Origin: a bacterium
Lineage (GTDB): Bacteria > Zhuqueibacterota > Zhuqueibacteria > Residuimicrobiales > Krinioviventaceae
Length of the DNA: 64,000 nucleotides
Direction: 5' to 3'
Assembly (NCBI GenBank): GCA_963693055.1
Contig: OY843751.1
Coordinates: 6,336,001-6,400,000 of the forward strand
The position numbers and the translations under genes are program-made. Positions 61,126-64,000 of this stretch are shown here, in pieces. The stretch's first letter is position 1. Every line of letters starts with the position of its first letter. Under the pieces are notes generated by a model. That model did not search any database. It saw only the letters and a program-made list of their open reading frames with translations, and had not been told where the DNA came from.

Positions 61126-61992
61126 ATGAATATGAATAGACGGAAATTTTTAAATATTGCATCTACAGGTGCGGCACTCTTGCCTTTTTCTCCGCTTCTT
61201 TTCGCAGGGCAGCAAAAGAAATATGCCAGTGATATTGTTACGCTGGGGAATACGGGTATTCAGGCATCCCGGTTGGCCATGGGAACAGGTACACATGGTG
61301 TAAACAAGAGTTCAAACCAGACCCGTCAGCTTGGCGTTCGGGGTGTGGCTAAATTACTGGCCTCTGCTTATGAGCAGGGAATTAATTTTTGGGATTCCGC
61401 GGACCAATATGGTACACATCCGCATTTGAATGCGGGATTAAAGCTGGTACCCCGGGAAAAGGTTGTGATTTTGACAAAAAGTCACGCCACCACAGCAAAA
61501 GAAATGCGCTCTGACATTGAACGATTTTTGCGGGAGGTTGGTACCGATTATCTGGATATTGTATTGCTGCACCTGATGACCGAAGCCAACTGGCCGGAAT
61601 TAAAGGCCGGTGCCATGGAAGAGTTGAGCAAAATGCGGGAGGAAGGTTTGGTTAGGGCGCATGGCGTTTCATGCCATACGCTGAATGCGTTGAAAACCGC
61701 ATCGGAAACCGATTGGGTACAGGTTGATCTTGCACGAATTAATCCTGAAGGGGCTCGTATGGATGATACTGTAGATAAAGTGGTCCCTGTTTTACAAAAG
61801 ATGCACGCAAACGGCAAAGCTGTGTTGGGTATGAAAATTTTTGGTGGCGGCAAGTTGACGTCTCAACCGGACGAATGTTTGAAATTTATCCTCAACCAGG
61901 AGTATGTGGACGCGTTTACTATTGGTCAGGAAAATGAAAAAGAGATGCTGGATCTGGTAGCGCGCATCCCCAAAATGAGCATTTCAGCTTGA
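61126..61992 (+). CDS. Tat-signal aldo/keto reductase
   Basis: MNRRKFL, LAMGTG, WDSADQYG, LTK, LLH, GVSCH, MKIFG. Confidence 0.88.
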   Translation: MNMNRRKFLNIASTGAALLPFSPLLFAGQQKKYASDIVTLGNTGIQASRLAMGTGTHGVNKSSNQTRQLGVRGVAKLLASAYEQGINFWDSADQYGTHPHLNAGLKLVPREKVVILTKSHATTAKEMRSDIERFLREVGTDYLDIVLLHLMTEANWPELKAGAMEELSKMREEGLVRAHGVSCHTLNALKTASETDWVQVDLARINPEGARMDDTVDKVVPVLQKMHANGKAVLGMKIFGGGKLTSQPDECLKFILNQEYVDAFTIGQENEKEMLDLVARIPKMSISA

Positions 61993-62002
61993 TTCATTTT
62001 TG

Positions 62003-62040
62003 CATTGCTTTGGAGCAAAGTCTTCAAAGCAATGTTTTTT
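62003..62040 (+). terminator. Intrinsic terminator
   Basis: CATTGCTTTG/CAAAGCAATG followed by T6. Confidence 0.75.
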
Positions 62041-62101
62041 ATCCATTCCCCTCAAAACAAAATTCTTGTTTTCCCGCTTTTGAAATGTTATTTTTTTAAA
62101 T

Positions 62102-62758
62102 ATGGAACCTGGCAAAACAATATGGCTGAATAACCGGCAATTACTTTTGAAAAATTTACTCGGAAAGGGTAAATCCGGTTATTCGTGGCTGGTAGAGTCT
62201 GGCAATGAATTATTTGTTCTCAAAATGATTCATGATGAACCCTGCCCATATTATACGTTTAATGAAAGTAAGCTCAAGCACGAACTTGACGCTTATAAGG
62301 TTTTGAAAACACTTGACATTCCGGTGCCGGAGCTTTTGGATTATGATAGCGAAAAACAACTTTTGTTAAAGGCATATGTTGACGGTACAGTCGCCGGGAA
62401 TGCGGTTGCAAAAGGTAGAATTGATAGTTCCGTTTTTGAGCAGTTGGTATATGCCTTTCACAAAGCAAGATCGGCAGAGTGGAACCTTGATTATTTTCCC
62501 TTGAATTTTGTTATCACTGAACAAAAGCAGTTGATATATGTTGATTATGAAATAAACCCGTTCTCTATTGAATGGGATTTGTGGAACTGGGGTATATATT
62601 ACTGGTTAAATATGTGCGGTATGAAAGCATTTTTGGAAACCGGAGACCCGAAATATATCAATATTACAGCAGACAGCGGTTGCCCGATTACAACCGGCAT
62701 GGAATCTAAAGTCAGCGAGTTGAAGGCTATGTTTGAAAAACAGGATTATATAATATGA
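62102..62758 (+). CDS. Small protein-kinase-like fold protein
   Basis: Gly loop LGKGKSGYS, VLK, helix-C Glu (HEL), catalytic loop LDYFPLN, VDYE. Confidence 0.7.
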   Translation: MEPGKTIWLNNRQLLLKNLLGKGKSGYSWLVESGNELFVLKMIHDEPCPYYTFNESKLKHELDAYKVLKTLDIPVPELLDYDSEKQLLLKAYVDGTVAGNAVAKGRIDSSVFEQLVYAFHKARSAEWNLDYFPLNFVITEQKQLIYVDYEINPFSIEWDLWNWGIYYWLNMCGMKAFLETGDPKYINITADSGCPITTGMESKVSELKAMFEKQDYII

Positions 62759-63351
62759 AGAATATGTGGGATGAAAGATATAATACATCTGATTATGGAT
62801 ATGGTACTGAACCTAACGCGTTAATTAAATCATTTATAGATAGCCATACTGCAGGTGAAATATTATTGCCGGCAGAAGGTGAAGGCCGTAATGCTGTTTA
62901 TGCGGCATCAAAAGGATGGGTGGCCCATGCCTTTGATAGCAGTACGGTAGGGCGTGATAAAGCATTAAAACTGGCTGCAGAACGAGGGGTAGAGATTGAA
63001 TATTGGATTCAGGATTTATTGTCTTTTTCAATCGAGGAAAACAGTTATGATGCTGTAGGCCTTGTCTATTCACACTTGCATGAAAAGGACCGCCGTCAGG
63101 TGCATCGAAATTTGATCAACTGTTTAAAGTCCGGTGGTTACCTGGTTTTGGAGAGTTTTAGTAAGGAACAACTGCAAAATGGAACCGGTGGACCCAGGAA
63201 TATTGATATGCTGTATAGTATGAATGAGCTGAAAACAGATTTTGAAAATATGGAAATTATATCCCTTGAGCAAAAAGATATCCAGTTGAATGCCGGCAGG
63301 TTTCACAAGGGTAAAGGTAATGTGATTCAACTGGTAGCAAAAAAGATCTAA
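62755..63351 (+). CDS. Class I SAM-dependent methyltransferase (TehB/TPMT-like)
   Basis: MWDERY..YGTEPN, PAEGEGRNAV, LKSGG, GGP. Confidence 0.88.
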   Translation: MKNMWDERYNTSDYGYGTEPNALIKSFIDSHTAGEILLPAEGEGRNAVYAASKGWVAHAFDSSTVGRDKALKLAAERGVEIEYWIQDLLSFSIEENSYDAVGLVYSHLHEKDRRQVHRNLINCLKSGGYLVLESFSKEQLQNGTGGPRNIDMLYSMNELKTDFENMEIISLEQKDIQLNAGRFHKGKGNVIQLVAKKI

Positions 63352-63414
63352 CAGGACCCTGGTCGCCACAGCAACCGTAAATACAAAACATTAAAAGCAC
63401 ACAGGATGGATATT

Positions 63415-64000
63415 ATGAAGACTGATTCAAGCTTTCACATGAGCCCGAATGAATTTAGACATTGGGGAAAAAAGATTGTAGACTGGATTGCAGATTATTA
63501 TGAAAATGTAGATAAATACCCGGTATTGGCTGATGTGGAACCGGGAGAGGTACGCGCAAAACTTCCGGATGCACCTCCTTTAAGTGGTGAAGATTTTGAA
63601 AAGATATTAAAAGATGTGGATGACATAATCATGCCGGGTATTACTCACTGGCAGAGCCCTGATTTTTTTGCATATTTCCCCTCCAATACGTCTGGGCCGT
63701 CAATTCTGGGCGAGTTATTGTCCGCTGGTCTGGGTGTACAGGGTATGAGCTGGGTAACGAGTCCTGCCTGTACTGAACTGGAAACCCATATAATGGACTG
63801 GATAGTAGACATGATGGGATTACCACAGGCGTTCAAATCCATAAACAGCGGTGGAGGTGTGATACAGGATTCCGCATCAAGCGCCTGTCTGACTGCTCTG
63901 TTGACCGCACGGGAAAAAGCAGCGGATTTTCAATGCAATACACAGGGATACAAGGGTGGTTTGGTTGCATATATTTCCACCCAGACCCATTCATCGCTTG
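63415..64000 (+). CDS. PLP-dependent aromatic-L-amino-acid decarboxylase family, truncated by the window edge (absent from the ORF track)
   Basis: MSPNEFRHWGKKIVDWIADYY, IMPGITHWQSPDFFAYFP, WVTSPACTELE, GGGVIQDSAS, STQTHSS. Confidence 0.93.
   Translation, partial: MKTDSSFHMSPNEFRHWGKKIVDWIADYYENVDKYPVLADVEPGEVRAKLPDAPPLSGEDFEKILKDVDDIIMPGITHWQSPDFFAYFPSNTSGPSILGELLSAGLGVQGMSWVTSPACTELETHIMDWIVDMMGLPQAFKSINSGGGVIQDSASSACLTALLTAREKAADFQCNTQGYKGGLVAYISTQTHSSL

Noticed and set aside
821-63842. Numerous 60-180 aa ORFs overlapping or antisense to larger genes (e.g. 29469-29957, 33157-33690, 63641-63842)
   Set aside because: Shadow frames of well-supported CDSs with no recognisable motifs.
1-64000. 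Alternative genetic code (UGA or UAG reassigned) as an explanation for the internal stops
   Set aside because: Conserved genes end at the expected position with TGA (pyrC) and TAG (frr), and nearly all ORFs are intact under code 11.
1-64000. CRISPR array, tRNA, rRNA, IS element or integrase
   Set aside because: No regularly spaced repeats, cloverleaf signatures or transposase/integrase motifs were seen by eye; a divergent element could have been missed.

Overview
AT-rich, gene-dense bacterial chromosome segment. The rplM-rpsI-rpsB-tsf-pyrH-frr gene order and five secreted proteins ending in a YPNPFNP-type (T9SS/FlgD-like) sorting domain suggest an FCB-group lineage such as KSB1 or Calditrichota (inference). 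Contents: a core pyrR-pyrB-pyrC plus translation block (12.3-18.9 kb) with an rpsB/t44-type leader RNA; a pyk-PTS EIIA-sensor kinase unit; a glycan and amino-sugar catabolic region (heparinase II/III-like, GH92, GH95, esterase, DUF1080, nagB, nagA); four HisKA_2-type kinases; and a Fur-controlled redox locus. Main observations the ORF track misses: (1) a peroxiredoxin split by an in-frame UGA at the peroxidatic Cys, followed by a SECIS-like hairpin (selenoprotein PrxU), divergent from a Fur gene with two Fur boxes; (2) the next gene, a SASA esterase, split by an in-frame UAG ahead of its catalytic His; (3) a PyrC with altered metal and substrate ligands; (4) a tandem kinase pair in which one member has lost its ATP-binding boxes; (5) a probable CUG start for pyrH; (6) a decayed USP gene and an antitoxin remnant; (7) a kinase-methyltransferase-aromatic amino acid decarboxylase trio at the right edge. 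No tRNA, rRNA, CRISPR array or transposase was recognised. All family assignments are from motif recognition by eye, not database searches.
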